A stretch of 64,000 nt of DNA. It comes from Pseudomonadota bacterium (GTDB taxonomy: Bacteria > Myxococcota_A > UBA9042 > GCA-2863065). Location of the stretch: contig SXOO01000280.1 of the NCBI GenBank assembly GCA_005776725.1, positions 7,425 to 71,424 on the forward strand, in the 5' to 3' direction. How positions within the stretch are numbered: position 1 is the first letter of the stretch; the number at the start of each line of letters is the position of its first letter. The position numbers were made by a program, and so were the translations under genes. Of this stretch, positions 19,168-28,817 are shown one piece after another. A model generated the notes under the pieces. It saw only the letters and a program-made list of their open reading frames with translations. It ran no database searches and was not told the origin of the DNA.

Positions 19168-20721
19168 TCAGCGCAAGGCCTCCGGCAGCAGCCACGCGAA
19201 GCCTCCGCGCTCACGGCGGCGTGCGAAGGCTGGCCGCGCCCCGGGCTCTGCCCCGCCACCGCCACCCAGCACGACGCGCCCGCCACCGATGGAGAGCACG
19301 CGCCGCGCAGCCCCAGCGAAGACCACGGTGTCGCCCGCCTGCACGCCGGTGAGCGAGCGCCCCAGCGTCCGGCCGGTGGCCGCGTCCACCACCTGGGACT
19401 CGCGCCCGTCGGGGATGTTGGAGTGGACGCGTCCCTTCTCGCCGAGATCCATGGTGCGGGTGGACGCCATGAGCTTGCCGCGCGCCCGCACGACGTAGTC
19501 CTCGCGCTCGAGGTGGTCGAGGATGGCGCCGAGCACCGCGCGGGACGCCAGCGGCTCGAGCCAGGCCTCGAGCTGGGTGGGCGGGAGCCCAGAGGGCGCT
19601 CCGAACAACGCGCTCAGCACCTGCTGCACGCAGACGCTGAGATCCGGCGGCGCCCCGACGACCTCGAGCTCACCGCGCGCCGCCAGCTCGGCCAGGACCT
19701 CGAAGCTGCGGGCGTCGTCCTCGCCGAGGCAGAGCCCCACCGCCGTCGCGCGGTCTTCGCGGCGCCCGCCCCGCCCCACGCGCTGCACGAAGGCCGACAC
19801 CGTGAGCGGCGGGGCCTCGAGCACCACGGCGTCGACGTCGCCGATGTCGATGCCCACCTCCAGCGTCGTGGTGGCCACGCAGATCCCCCACGTCCACTCG
19901 CGCAGGGCCGCCTCGGCGTCGTGGCGCTCCCGCTGGGAGAGGCTGCCGTGGTGCACCGCCACGCGGTTGCGCGGCCAGACTGCGGCGAGCTCTTCCGCCA
20001 CCTTCTCGACCTGGGCGCGGCTGTCGCAGAACCAGAGCGCCTTGAGGCGCCCCGACTCCCGTAGACGCGCGACCACGGCCTCGCGGCTCGGGGCGGTCTC
20101 GAGCGCGATCGGCCGCGCTTCGCCGGTGCGGATCACGGTGGCTCCGGGCGCGTAGCGTTGGCCCAGCCCCTCGGCGTCGGCGACCGTAGCCGAGAGGACC
20201 ACGCGCTGCAGGGGGCCCGGCGTGAGCGACTCGAGCCGCGACAACAGGATGCGCAGCTGATCGCCGCGGTAGGTGCCGTCCAGCAGGTGGACCTCGTCGA
20301 GAACCACGGCGCGTAGCGCGCCGAAGAGCGCGGCGCGGCGGCAGAGCAGCGAGTCGAGGCTCTCGGGGGTGGTGACGAGGATCCCGGAGGACTCGCGCGC
20401 CGAGAGCGTCATGACCTCCCCGGTCTTCGCGGCGAGGCGGACTCGCAGCGCGGCGAGCGGGGCCTCGAGGCGCCGCCGCAGGTCGTTCACGAGGGCGCGC
20501 GTGGGCACCACGTAGAGCACGAGCAGCGCGTCCGAGTCCGGCGGCACCCAGCGCTCCACGAGGGGCGCGACCGCGGCCTCGGTCTTGCCGCTGGCGGTGG
20601 GGGCCACCACCACGGCGGAGCGCCCGTCGAGGATCACGGGGATCACGTCGCGCTGGACCACGTTGAGGCCGGCGAAGCGCCCGAAGAACGCCCCGAAGGT
20701 GCGTGGTAGGCCCGGGCTCAC
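19168..20721 (-). CDS. DEAD/DEAH (DEVH)-box superfamily-2 helicase
   Basis: Start at a GTG (complement of 20719-20721) that overlaps the sbcC-like stop (GTGA). It has an N-terminal Q-motif/Walker A (FGRFAGLNVVQRDV...APTASGKTEA), DEVH (VVLDEVH), SAT and the helicase C motifs. Confidence 0.75.
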   Translation of the reverse strand: MSPGLPRTFGAFFGRFAGLNVVQRDVIPVILDGRSAVVVAPTASGKTEAAVAPLVERWVPPDSDALLVLYVVPTRALVNDLRRRLEAPLAALRVRLAAKTGEVMTLSARESSGILVTTPESLDSLLCRRAALFGALRAVVLDEVHLLDGTYRGDQLRILLSRLESLTPGPLQRVVLSATVADAEGLGQRYAPGATVIRTGEARPIALETAPSREAVVARLRESGRLKALWFCDSRAQVEKVAEELAAVWPRNRVAVHHGSLSQRERHDAEAALREWTWGICVATTTLEVGIDIGDVDAVVLEAPPLTVSAFVQRVGRGGRREDRATAVGLCLGEDDARSFEVLAELAARGELEVVGAPPDLSVCVQQVLSALFGAPSGLPPTQLEAWLEPLASRAVLGAILDHLEREDYVVRARGKLMASTRTMDLGEKGRVHSNIPDGRESQVVDAATGRTLGRSLTGVQAGDTVVFAGAARRVLSIGGGRVVLGGGGGAEPGARPAFARRRERGGFAWLLPEALR

Positions 20722-23700
20722 TCCTCGGACCCCGCGTCTTCTCGGGTGACGGTGGACCCGTCGGGCGCGCGAGCGACCCTGAGGCACGTGGGCATCTGGC
20801 GGTTGAGCTCGGCGATGTGGCTCACCACGCCCACGAGGCGGCCGGACTCCCCGAGCGACAGGAGCGCCTCCGCCACCGGCTCGAGGCGCTCGGGATCGAG
20901 GGTGCCGAAGCCCTCGTCCACGAACAGGGCCTCGAGCTGCACGCGGCCCTGGGCTCGCTGGATGTGCTCGGACAGCGCCAGCGCCAGGGCCAGCGAGGTG
21001 AGGAAGGTCTCGCCCCCAGACAGCGTCTCGATCGCGCGGGACTCGCCCGCGTGTTCGGCGTCGACCACGCGAAAGCGGTCGCCCTCGAAGCCCAGCGTGA
21101 GCCGGCCTGCCGTCCACGCGCTCAGGCGAACCGACGCTTCGACGACCAGCTCCTTGAACGTCTCCTCGAGCAGATAGGCCTGGAAGCGGTCGGTCTTCAG
21201 GTGGGTGGCGAGCGAGTTCCAGAGCCGCTGGCGACCGTCGGCCGCGGACAGCTGTTCCGCCACCTCCGCGCGCTCGGCGAGGCGCCGGACGAGCTGGGCG
21301 AGATCGGTCTCCAGTGTGACCAGCGCGCGAAGGCACTCCTCGGCACGGCGACCCGCCTCCGCCTCTGCCTCGCGGGCGGCCTCGAGGACGGGTGCCGGGA
21401 CGCGCTGGCCGCCGAGCAGCTCCAGCGCTCGCGCCCGGCGAGACAACCAGCTCATACGCGCCTCGCGGGCCTCGGTGACGCGTTGCTCCAGCGCCGCCGT
21501 GGCGCCGGGCTCGAGCCGCGCTCGTGCGACGCCCGCCCGATCGAGGCCCAGCCGCCCAAGCACCTCCGCGAGCGCCTGGACGGCGCGCGACGCCGCCTCC
21601 GCGTGCCGCGCGTGCTCCTCGTCGGCCATCGTGGTGGACGCCTCGGCGCGGGCGGCGTCGAGGCGCGCCGCGTCGAGAGTGGCGGCAGCCGCGGCCCGCG
21701 CAGCGTCGTCGGCCGCCACCTGCGCCTCCAGAGCCTCGAGGGCGCGCTCGGGGGAGGCGATGAGCTCGGGTTGAAGTCCCTCGACGACTTGCGGCGGGGC
21801 TCCCAGCACGGCCGCCTCGGGGTCTGGGGGTCGCTGCTCACTGGAGAGCGCCTCCAAGTTCCGTTGGCGCTGGTCCAGCCCGGCCAGCTCGGCGGCCAGC
21901 TCGGCCACGAGCCCCTGTTCGCGAGCCAGCGCGGCTGCGGCCCCCTCGTGTTCGCGCGCCGCGAGCTGCATCGCCTGCTTTGCCGCAGCTAGGGCCTGGC
22001 CCTGCCGCTCGGCCTCGCGGGCCTCGGTCGTGGCGCGCTCCGCGGCAGCGAGCACCTCCTCGGGTTCGGCGCCGAGCGTGGCGCGGGCCGCCTCGAGCGA
22101 GCGCTGGCGGTGATCTCGATCCGCCTGCACGCCGGCTAGGAGCTGCTCGGCCGCCTGGATCTGCGCCTCGGCCTGGTGCACGGCGCGCTCCATCGCCATG
22201 GCATCGGCCTCCGCCAGCGCGAGCCGCCGGCGCGCGGCGTCCAAGGCGGCCACGTCCACGTTCAGCGGCGGAGGCAGACCCAAGACCGTGGCCTCGCAGA
22301 CGGGACAAGGCGACCCGACCGCCAGGGTGGCCCGCAGCTTCGACGCGGGGAGCTGGTGCGCTGACGCCTCGAGGTGAGCCACCGTCTCAGCGAGTCCCCG
22401 CACGCTCGCCCCGGCGACCCCCAAAGCCCGACGGCGCTCGCCCACGGCCAGGTCCCGCGTGGCCAGCTCCGCGAGCTGCCGCTCGACGGCGCGGCGCGCC
22501 TCGGCCAGCAGGGGCCGCTCCGCGAGCAAGACCCGCGCCACGGGATCGAGGCGGGCGAGGCGATCCAGCGATTCCCGGTCCACGGTGCGCTGTGCCTTCT
22601 CGGCGGTGGCGACCGCCTCCGCGCACGCGTCGAGCCGGCGCTTGGCGCCCCGCTCGGCGGCCTCAGCGGCCTCGCAGCGCGGCAACGCGGCAGCCTGCCG
22701 CGCCGTGACGGCCTCGCGTTCGCGGCGTAGCCCGGCTACTGCGAGGAGGCGAGGGAGCGCGGCGCGCAGCGCGTCGCGCCGGGAGCGCAGCCCGAGATCG
22801 GGCCCGACGTTGGCGGCTTCTGCCGTGTGGAGGCGCTCCCGTGCGCGCCGGGAAACGACCCCGAGACCCGCGGCGCGCAGTCGGGATGCCTCGGCCACGG
22901 CTTCCGCCTCTGCCGCCGCGTCCAGGAGAGGCGCCGCCGGCGCGACACGACGGGCCTCGCTCAGACGCTCCTGGTCCGCCGCGAGCTGTGCCGCCTCGGC
23001 CTCCGACTCGGACAAGGCGGCGTCTGCCGCGTCGAGCTCCAGGGTGGCCTCGGCGAGCGCCGCCATCCGTGCCGTGAATGAGCGCGCCGCCGCCGCGGCC
23101 TCTCGCGCCTCGTCCACTGAGGCGCGGGCTTGCACGAGCTCCGCTTCGATGGCCTCCTTGGCGGCGGGCTCGACGCCGGCGAACTCGCGAGCCAGCCGCG
23201 CCTCGAACGCCGCGACCTCGAGCTTCGCCGACCCGTGCCGCGTGGACGCCTCGGCTCGCATCCGCTCGTAGACCTCGAGCCCGAGCAGCCCGGTGAGGAC
23301 CCTACGGCGCTCGGTGTGCTCACCGCGCAGGAAGCGGTCGAACTCGCCCTGCGGCAAGACGACCGCGCGACAAAACGCGCTGAAGTCGAGGCCAAGGAGG
23401 CGCACCACAGCGTCGTTCACCGGGCGCACGCCCTCGGCCAGGATCCGTGGGTCCTCTGGGTTGGTGATCCGCTCGAGCTGCGCCTCGGTGGGGCGCGTCC
23501 CGCGATAGATCCCCCGAGCCACCCGGTACCGCTCTCCGCGCAGCGCGAAGTCCAGCACCACCGAGAGCCGCTCCTGGCCTGTGGTGATGAGCTCCCTCAC
23601 GGCTTTGCCGGTGCGCGGCACCTCGCCGTAGAGCGCGAAGAGGAGCGCGTCGAGGATCGACGACTTGCCCGCACCCGTGGCGCCCCCGATGGAGAAGACC

Positions 23701-23777
23701 CCGAGATCGGCGAGGTCGATTCGCCGCGAGGTGGCGAATGACGTGAAGCCCTCGAGGGTCAGTGCCAGGGGTCGCAT
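20718..23777 (-). CDS. sbcC: SbcC/Rad50-family ATPase with coiled coil and zinc hook
   Basis: N-terminal Walker A (GGATGAGKSSILDA), a long Ala/Glu-rich coiled coil, a central CPVC hook, a C-terminal signature (LSGGETFLTSLALALAL) and D-loop/Walker B (LFVDEGFGTLD). Confidence 0.8.
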   Translation of the reverse strand: MRPLALTLEGFTSFATSRRIDLADLGVFSIGGATGAGKSSILDALLFALYGEVPRTGKAVRELITTGQERLSVVLDFALRGERYRVARGIYRGTRPTEAQLERITNPEDPRILAEGVRPVNDAVVRLLGLDFSAFCRAVVLPQGEFDRFLRGEHTERRRVLTGLLGLEVYERMRAEASTRHGSAKLEVAAFEARLAREFAGVEPAAKEAIEAELVQARASVDEAREAAAAARSFTARMAALAEATLELDAADAALSESEAEAAQLAADQERLSEARRVAPAAPLLDAAAEAEAVAEASRLRAAGLGVVSRRARERLHTAEAANVGPDLGLRSRRDALRAALPRLLAVAGLRREREAVTARQAAALPRCEAAEAAERGAKRRLDACAEAVATAEKAQRTVDRESLDRLARLDPVARVLLAERPLLAEARRAVERQLAELATRDLAVGERRRALGVAGASVRGLAETVAHLEASAHQLPASKLRATLAVGSPCPVCEATVLGLPPPLNVDVAALDAARRRLALAEADAMAMERAVHQAEAQIQAAEQLLAGVQADRDHRQRSLEAARATLGAEPEEVLAAAERATTEAREAERQGQALAAAKQAMQLAAREHEGAAAALAREQGLVAELAAELAGLDQRQRNLEALSSEQRPPDPEAAVLGAPPQVVEGLQPELIASPERALEALEAQVAADDAARAAAAATLDAARLDAARAEASTTMADEEHARHAEAASRAVQALAEVLGRLGLDRAGVARARLEPGATAALEQRVTEAREARMSWLSRRARALELLGGQRVPAPVLEAAREAEAEAGRRAEECLRALVTLETDLAQLVRRLAERAEVAEQLSAADGRQRLWNSLATHLKTDRFQAYLLEETFKELVVEASVRLSAWTAGRLTLGFEGDRFRVVDAEHAGESRAIETLSGGETFLTSLALALALSEHIQRAQGRVQLEALFVDEGFGTLDPERLEPVAEALLSLGESGRLVGVVSHIAELNRQMPTCLRVARAPDGSTVTREDAGSEE

Positions 23778-23855
23778 GGGCGGTCTAGTTGCACCCTGAG
23801 CGGTCCGACGTCAACGCGACGCGGGCGGCCGGCGCGTCGAAATCGCTGACGCGCC

Positions 23856-24725
23856 TTGCCGAGCTGGGGCCAAACGTGCGAGACGCGGGCCGTGGCCCCC
23901 CTTGACTACCATCGCCCGCCGCTCAAGTGGGCTGGCGGGAAGTTCGCCCTGCTCGGCCGGATCCTCCCGAAGCTTCCGCCGGGTCAGCGCTTGATCGAGC
24001 CGTTCCTGGGCTCGTGCGTGGTGGCGCTGAACGCTGGGCCTCGGCGCTTGTACCTGTCCGACTACAACGAGCGGCTCATCAACTTCTATCGCGTGGTCCG
24101 GGACTTACCGTCCGAGCTGCTCGAGGAGAGCGCCCCGCTCTTCCAGGCCTGCAACAACCGCGAGGCCTTCGAGGCGCTCCGCGCCGAGTTCAATGCGCGC
24201 CTCGCGCCCGGCAGCGTGCGCGACGCGGCGCTCTTCCTGTACCTGAACCGCCACGGCTTCAACGGCCTCTACCGCGTGAACTCGAAGGGCGTCTTCAACG
24301 TCCCCTTCGGGCGCTACGCCAGAACCCTGCACCCGCGGGAGGCCCTGGAGCGCCTGAGCGCGCGGCTCGCCGACGCCGAGCTCGGCTCGCGGGACTTCGA
24401 GCTCAGCCTCGCCGAGGCGGGTCCAGGCGACGTGGTGTACTGCGATCCGGCCTACGTCCCCCTGTCGGCCACGTCGTACTTCGCGTCTTACACGGATCGC
24501 TCGTTCGGCCTGGCGGATCAGGAGCGCCTGGCCTTCTTCGCCGAGCGCGCGGCGGAGCGCGGGGCCACGGTGGTCATCTCGAACCACGACACGCCGGTGA
24601 CGCGCCGGCTCTACGGCGCCGCCCAGATCGAGTCGTTCGCCGTGCGGCGGAGCATCAGCAGCGACACGCTCAATCGAGGCCACGCCGCCGAGCTCCTCGC
24701 GGTCTACGCGCCGCGAGGCGCCTAG
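23856..24725 (+). CDS. dam: Dam-family N6-adenine DNA methyltransferase (D12 class)
   Basis: LKWAGGKFAL, EPFLGSCVV, FNVPFGRYA and a DPAY catalytic motif. The true start may be the TTG at 23902. Confidence 0.7.
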   Translation: MPSWGQTCETRAVAPLDYHRPPLKWAGGKFALLGRILPKLPPGQRLIEPFLGSCVVALNAGPRRLYLSDYNERLINFYRVVRDLPSELLEESAPLFQACNNREAFEALRAEFNARLAPGSVRDAALFLYLNRHGFNGLYRVNSKGVFNVPFGRYARTLHPREALERLSARLADAELGSRDFELSLAEAGPGDVVYCDPAYVPLSATSYFASYTDRSFGLADQERLAFFAERAAERGATVVISNHDTPVTRRLYGAAQIESFAVRRSISSDTLNRGHAAELLAVYAPRGA

Positions 24726-24856
24726 GGCGGCGCGTTCGACCGCGATCGACCCATCCGCGGCCGCTTCGCGCAGGGGCACGGCCCAGCGGGCAAGCCGGCG
24801 ACGACATTGCCAAAGGGTCGCGCCGCCCTTAGGCTCGCGGCCCCTGAGGAGGTCCC

Positions 24857-25885
24857 ATGCGCGCCGCCATCATCCGGGCCCACGGGGGGCTCGACGCGAT
24901 CAACATCGAGTCTGTCGACGACCCGAAGCGGGCACCGGGCGAGGTGCTGGTTCGCGTCAAGGCGCTGGCCCTGAACCACATGGATCTCTGGGCTCGGAAG
25001 GGCCTGCCGGGTTTCAAGTTCCCGCTGCCGCTCATCCCGGGCTGCGACATGGCTGGCGTGGTCGTCGAGGGCGAGGGCGTGACGCCGGGCACCGAGGTGA
25101 TCATCGCCCCCGGTTATTCGTGTGGGCGCTGCGAGGTCTGCAACTCCGGGCGCGACAACCTGTGCAAGCGCTACGGCATCTTCGGCGAGCACCGGAACGG
25201 CGGCTGCGCCGAGCTGGTCGTGGTGCCGCGGGAGAACCTGGTCCCGAAGCCAGCGCGCCTCAGCTGGGCCGAAGCGGCGGCCTACCCGCTCACTTTCCTG
25301 ACGGCGTGGCATATGCTGGTCGCGCGCGCCAACATCCGCCCCGGGCAGACGGTGCTCATCCACGCCGCGGGCAGCGGCGTCTCCAGCGCCGCCCTCCAGA
25401 TCGCCCGCCTCCACGGCGCACAGATCTTTGCCACCGCCGGGGGCGCGGACAAGTGCGCCCGCGCGCTCTCCATGGGCGCCGAGGCCGCGTACGACACCCG
25501 CACCGACGTCGACTGGTCGAAGGCGGTGTTCGAGGCCACGGGCAAGGTGGGCGTGGATGTGGTGATCGACCATGTCGGCAAGGCCTTCTTCGAGGGCTCC
25601 ATCCGCGCGCTGCGCCCCGGCGGCTCGTTCGTCACCTGCGGCGCCACCAGCGGCTCGGACGTGTCCGTCGAACTTCGCCGTGTCTTCTTCAAGAACCTCT
25701 CGATCCTCGGGTCCACCATGGGCTCCCGCGGCGAGCTATTCGAGCTGACGCGGCTCGTCGCCGACGGCCGGCTAGAGCCCATGGTCGACCGGACCTTCCC
25801 GCTCGAAGCGATTCGGGAGGCGCACGCCGCCCTCGAAGGGCGCGACGTCTTCGGCAAGATCGTCGTCCTCATGGACCCCGACTGA
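24857..25885 (+). CDS. zinc-binding alcohol dehydrogenase / quinone oxidoreductase (MDR superfamily)
   Basis: SD aggagg. GroES-like N-terminus with CGRCEVC and a Rossmann motif (AAGSGVSSAALQIAR). Confidence 0.85.
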   Translation: MRAAIIRAHGGLDAINIESVDDPKRAPGEVLVRVKALALNHMDLWARKGLPGFKFPLPLIPGCDMAGVVVEGEGVTPGTEVIIAPGYSCGRCEVCNSGRDNLCKRYGIFGEHRNGGCAELVVVPRENLVPKPARLSWAEAAAYPLTFLTAWHMLVARANIRPGQTVLIHAAGSGVSSAALQIARLHGAQIFATAGGADKCARALSMGAEAAYDTRTDVDWSKAVFEATGKVGVDVVIDHVGKAFFEGSIRALRPGGSFVTCGATSGSDVSVELRRVFFKNLSILGSTMGSRGELFELTRLVADGRLEPMVDRTFPLEAIREAHAALEGRDVFGKIVVLMDPD

Positions 25886-25977
25886 GCAACGCGTCGGCTC
25901 GCTCCCGAGGCCCGAACCATCGGGTGCATCACCGGTACCGTCCGAGCCACAGAGTCCCCTGAACCAAGAGGTGTCCC

Positions 25978-28050
25978 GTGAGTCCTCGTTTCGCGCTTCT
26001 GCTCGTGCTCGCCGCCGCTTGTCGGTCTGGAGATCCCGCGCCCGCCGACGGGTGCGTGGCGGACAAGGACTGCAAAGGCGAGCGGATCTGCGTGCAGAAG
26101 GTGTGCGTCGACCCCACTCCAGCGGCCCCCGGCGCCGCAACAGCGCCCAGCGTGACCGCCCCGGCCGCCCCCAGCGCCGCACCGGCCACCCCCAGCGCCG
26201 CCCCAGCCGCTCCGCCAGTCCCTGACCGCCAGGCCGTCATCGCGTCGGCCCCCAGCCTCGGCGCCGCGGCGCCGGGCGTGCTCGTGATCTGGTTCGGGGA
26301 CCTCGAGTGCCCCCACTGCGCCCGCGCCACCCCGGTGGTCCGGAAGCTGATCGAGAAGCACGGCCGGCCAGACGGCACGGTGCGAGTCGAGTACCGGCAC
26401 AACCCGCTCGACCTCCACCCAGGCGCCCACCGGCTCGCCGTGGCCGCCGTGGCCGCGCACGTCCAGGGCCGCTTCTGGCAGCTCTTCGACAAGGTGGTCG
26501 AGGCGGGCGCGGGGCTCACCAACGATCGCCTCCAGGGCCTGGCCGACGGCGTCGGCATCGACGCGATCGCCTTCCACCGGGATCGGACCGCGCCGGAGGT
26601 GACCGCGCGGGTGGCGTCGGATCGGGCGCTCGCGCTCGCGCTGGGGGTCAAGGGGACGCCCGCGTTCTTCGTGAATGGGCGCCGCCTCGATGGCCAGGTC
26701 ACGTTCGAGGCCCTCGAGGCCCTCGTGAACGAGGAGCTCACTGCGCCGGTCGAGGGCGACCGCATCACCACGCGGACCCGCGCGAACAACGCGGAGCTGG
26801 CCGCTGTGCTCTTCGACGGCGCCACGCCCAAGCCCGCTCCGCCGCCGGCGCTCCCGCCGCCAGACGCCACGGTCTGGAAGGTCCCGGTGGACGCAGACGA
26901 CGCCTCGGAAGGACCCGCGGACGCCGCCGTCACGCTGGTGCTGTTCGGGGACCTCGAGTGCCCGTTCACCGCGCGGCTCTCGAAGACGCTGGAGTCGCTC
27001 CGTGAGCAGCGCCCCACCACCCGCCTCGTCTTCAAGCACCAGCCGCTGGCCGTGCACCCTCGCGCCGCTCGCGCCGCCCTCTATGGGGCGTGGGCAGCCA
27101 CGCACGGGCGCTTCTGGCCGTTCGCGCGCCACGTCCTCAGCGGCCAGCCCGCGCTGGCGGACGCCGATCTGGAGGCCGCGCTGCGGGCCGCCGAGGCGCC
27201 CGTCGAGGGGCTAGAGGCTGCCTTCGCCGGGCCGGCGCTGCGCGCTTCGATCGAGGCCGACCAGGCGCTGGCGGCACGGGTGGACGCGATCGGGACGCCG
27301 AACCTCTACGTGAACGGGCGACGACTCGTGGGCGCTCGTACCCTGGAGGAGCTGACGGCGCTGGTGGACGAGGAGGCCGCCAAGGCCGAGGCGCTGGCCA
27401 CCGCCGGGACCCCGCGGGCCGAGCTCTACGCCGCGATCATCGCCAAGGGTCAGGAGCGTCAGCCGTTGGGCGGGGCCGCGATCGACTTCGAGCTCACGGG
27501 CGCACCCCTTGGCGCCGCGGATGGCCCCGTGACCCTGGTGCTCTTCTCGGACTTCCAGTGCCCGTTCTCGAGCCGCCTCGTGCCGATCCTGGACCGCGCG
27601 ATCGCTCGGTTCCCGGGCAAGCTCAAGCTCTACTTCAAGCACTTCCCGCAGGACTTCCACACCGAGGCCCGAGCGGCCGCCGTGGAGGCGATCTGCGCCG
27701 CTGAGCAGGGCAAGTTCTGGGAGGTCTACCGGCAGTTCCTGGACGTGGAGCACCAGAAAGACCTGTCGGCGAAGGCGCGCGAGGGCCTCTTGAAGGCCGC
27801 GGGCGTGGACGTGGCCGCGGTGGGCAAGTGCGTGAACGAGAAGCGGGCCGACAAGGTGCTGGGCCGTGATCGCGAGGAGGCCGAGCGGGCCGAGGTGAAG
27901 GGCACGCCCACGCTCTTCATCAACGGGCGGCGCTTCACCTCCCCCACCGGGTACAACGACCGCTCCCTCGGGCGGGTGCTGGCCCAGGTGACGGGCCAGG
28001 CGCCAACCCCGGAGACCCCCAAGCCGGAGATCGCTCCCCCAGCGCCCTGA
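25978..28050 (+). CDS. lipoprotein with three tandem DsbA-like thioredoxin domains (active sites CPHC, CPFT, CPFS)
   Basis: Lipobox LAAAC with a Cys-rich N-terminal knot. Three repeats of ...V(L/T)LV(I/L)F(G/S)D(L/F)(E/Q)CP(H/F)(C/T/S)..., each with a downstream GTP(A/N/T)(F/L)(F/Y)(V/I)NGRR. Confidence 0.8.
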   Translation: MSPRFALLLVLAAACRSGDPAPADGCVADKDCKGERICVQKVCVDPTPAAPGAATAPSVTAPAAPSAAPATPSAAPAAPPVPDRQAVIASAPSLGAAAPGVLVIWFGDLECPHCARATPVVRKLIEKHGRPDGTVRVEYRHNPLDLHPGAHRLAVAAVAAHVQGRFWQLFDKVVEAGAGLTNDRLQGLADGVGIDAIAFHRDRTAPEVTARVASDRALALALGVKGTPAFFVNGRRLDGQVTFEALEALVNEELTAPVEGDRITTRTRANNAELAAVLFDGATPKPAPPPALPPPDATVWKVPVDADDASEGPADAAVTLVLFGDLECPFTARLSKTLESLREQRPTTRLVFKHQPLAVHPRAARAALYGAWAATHGRFWPFARHVLSGQPALADADLEAALRAAEAPVEGLEAAFAGPALRASIEADQALAARVDAIGTPNLYVNGRRLVGARTLEELTALVDEEAAKAEALATAGTPRAELYAAIIAKGQERQPLGGAAIDFELTGAPLGAADGPVTLVLFSDFQCPFSSRLVPILDRAIARFPGKLKLYFKHFPQDFHTEARAAAVEAICAAEQGKFWEVYRQFLDVEHQKDLSAKAREGLLKAAGVDVAAVGKCVNEKRADKVLGRDREEAERAEVKGTPTLFINGRRFTSPTGYNDRSLGRVLAQVTGQAPTPETPKPEIAPPAP

Positions 28051-28727
28051 TGTGGCAGTACTTCACCGAGACGCGCCGCCTCGGTGTGTCGCTGCTGATG
28101 GTCGCGCCGCTGCTCGTGGCGTACCAGGCAGGCCTCCTGATCGTCGGGGTCGAGGCGCTCAACGGCGCAGACTTCGTCACGCGTTACCTCCTCACCTTCG
28201 GGGGGCGCACCTTCCTGCTCCTCAACCTCGCGATCCTGTTCGCATTCGGCGTGGGCGTCGTGTGGCTGGACGGGAAGGGTCGCGGCACGGGCGATTACTT
28301 CATCCCCGTCTTCGTCGAGTCGCTCGCTTACGCGCTGGGCCTCGGCACCGTGGTCCTCCAAGTCATGGCGGAGGCGAGGCTCTTAGGCCCTGAGGCCGAC
28401 GGCACGCTCCTCTCGCGGCTAGTCCTCAGCGCCGGCGCCGGCATCCACGAAGAGCTGGTGTTCCGGCTGCTGCTCATGGGGGGCCTCATCGCGCTCGGGC
28501 GGCGGTTCGTAGACGCCCCCTTCGCGATCGGCGTCCTGGCGCTGGCGATCTCGAGCGTGCTCTTCTCACTCGCGCACTTCCGCGCAGAGCCCTTCGATAC
28601 CTTCGCGTTCTGGTTCCGCACTTTCGCCGGTGGGATCTTCGGCGTGCTGTACTGGGCTCGGGGCTTCGCCATCGCCGTCTACACGCACGCGTTCTACGAC
28701 GTCTTCGTCCTGGTGTTCCGACCGTAG
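28050..28727 (+). CDS. CPBP-family (CAAX/Abi) intramembrane metalloprotease
   Basis: ATG overlaps the upstream stop (TGATG). Multi-TM protein with the motifs HEELVFR, FSLAHF and HAFYD. Confidence 0.75.
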   Translation: MWQYFTETRRLGVSLLMVAPLLVAYQAGLLIVGVEALNGADFVTRYLLTFGGRTFLLLNLAILFAFGVGVVWLDGKGRGTGDYFIPVFVESLAYALGLGTVVLQVMAEARLLGPEADGTLLSRLVLSAGAGIHEELVFRLLLMGGLIALGRRFVDAPFAIGVLALAISSVLFSLAHFRAEPFDTFAFWFRTFAGGIFGVLYWARGFAIAVYTHAFYDVFVLVFRP

Positions 28728-28817
28728 GCAGGGGACCCCGCTCCACCCGCCTCACCGGGTTGCCGCGGACATCGCTCATCGTGGACGCGGGCAGCGAGTT
28801 CCAGGAGGATAGGGGGC

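Noticed and set aside
19102-19168. Possible bidirectional terminator between the convergent Cys-rich gene and helicase gene
   Set aside because: No convincing stable hairpin in the 65-bp gap.
21205-22708. Sense-strand (+) ORFs of 189-270 aa inside the sbcC region
   Set aside because: They are antisense to the SbcC coiled-coil region (Ala/Glu-rich, which gives Ser/Ala/Arg-rich frames) and have no features.
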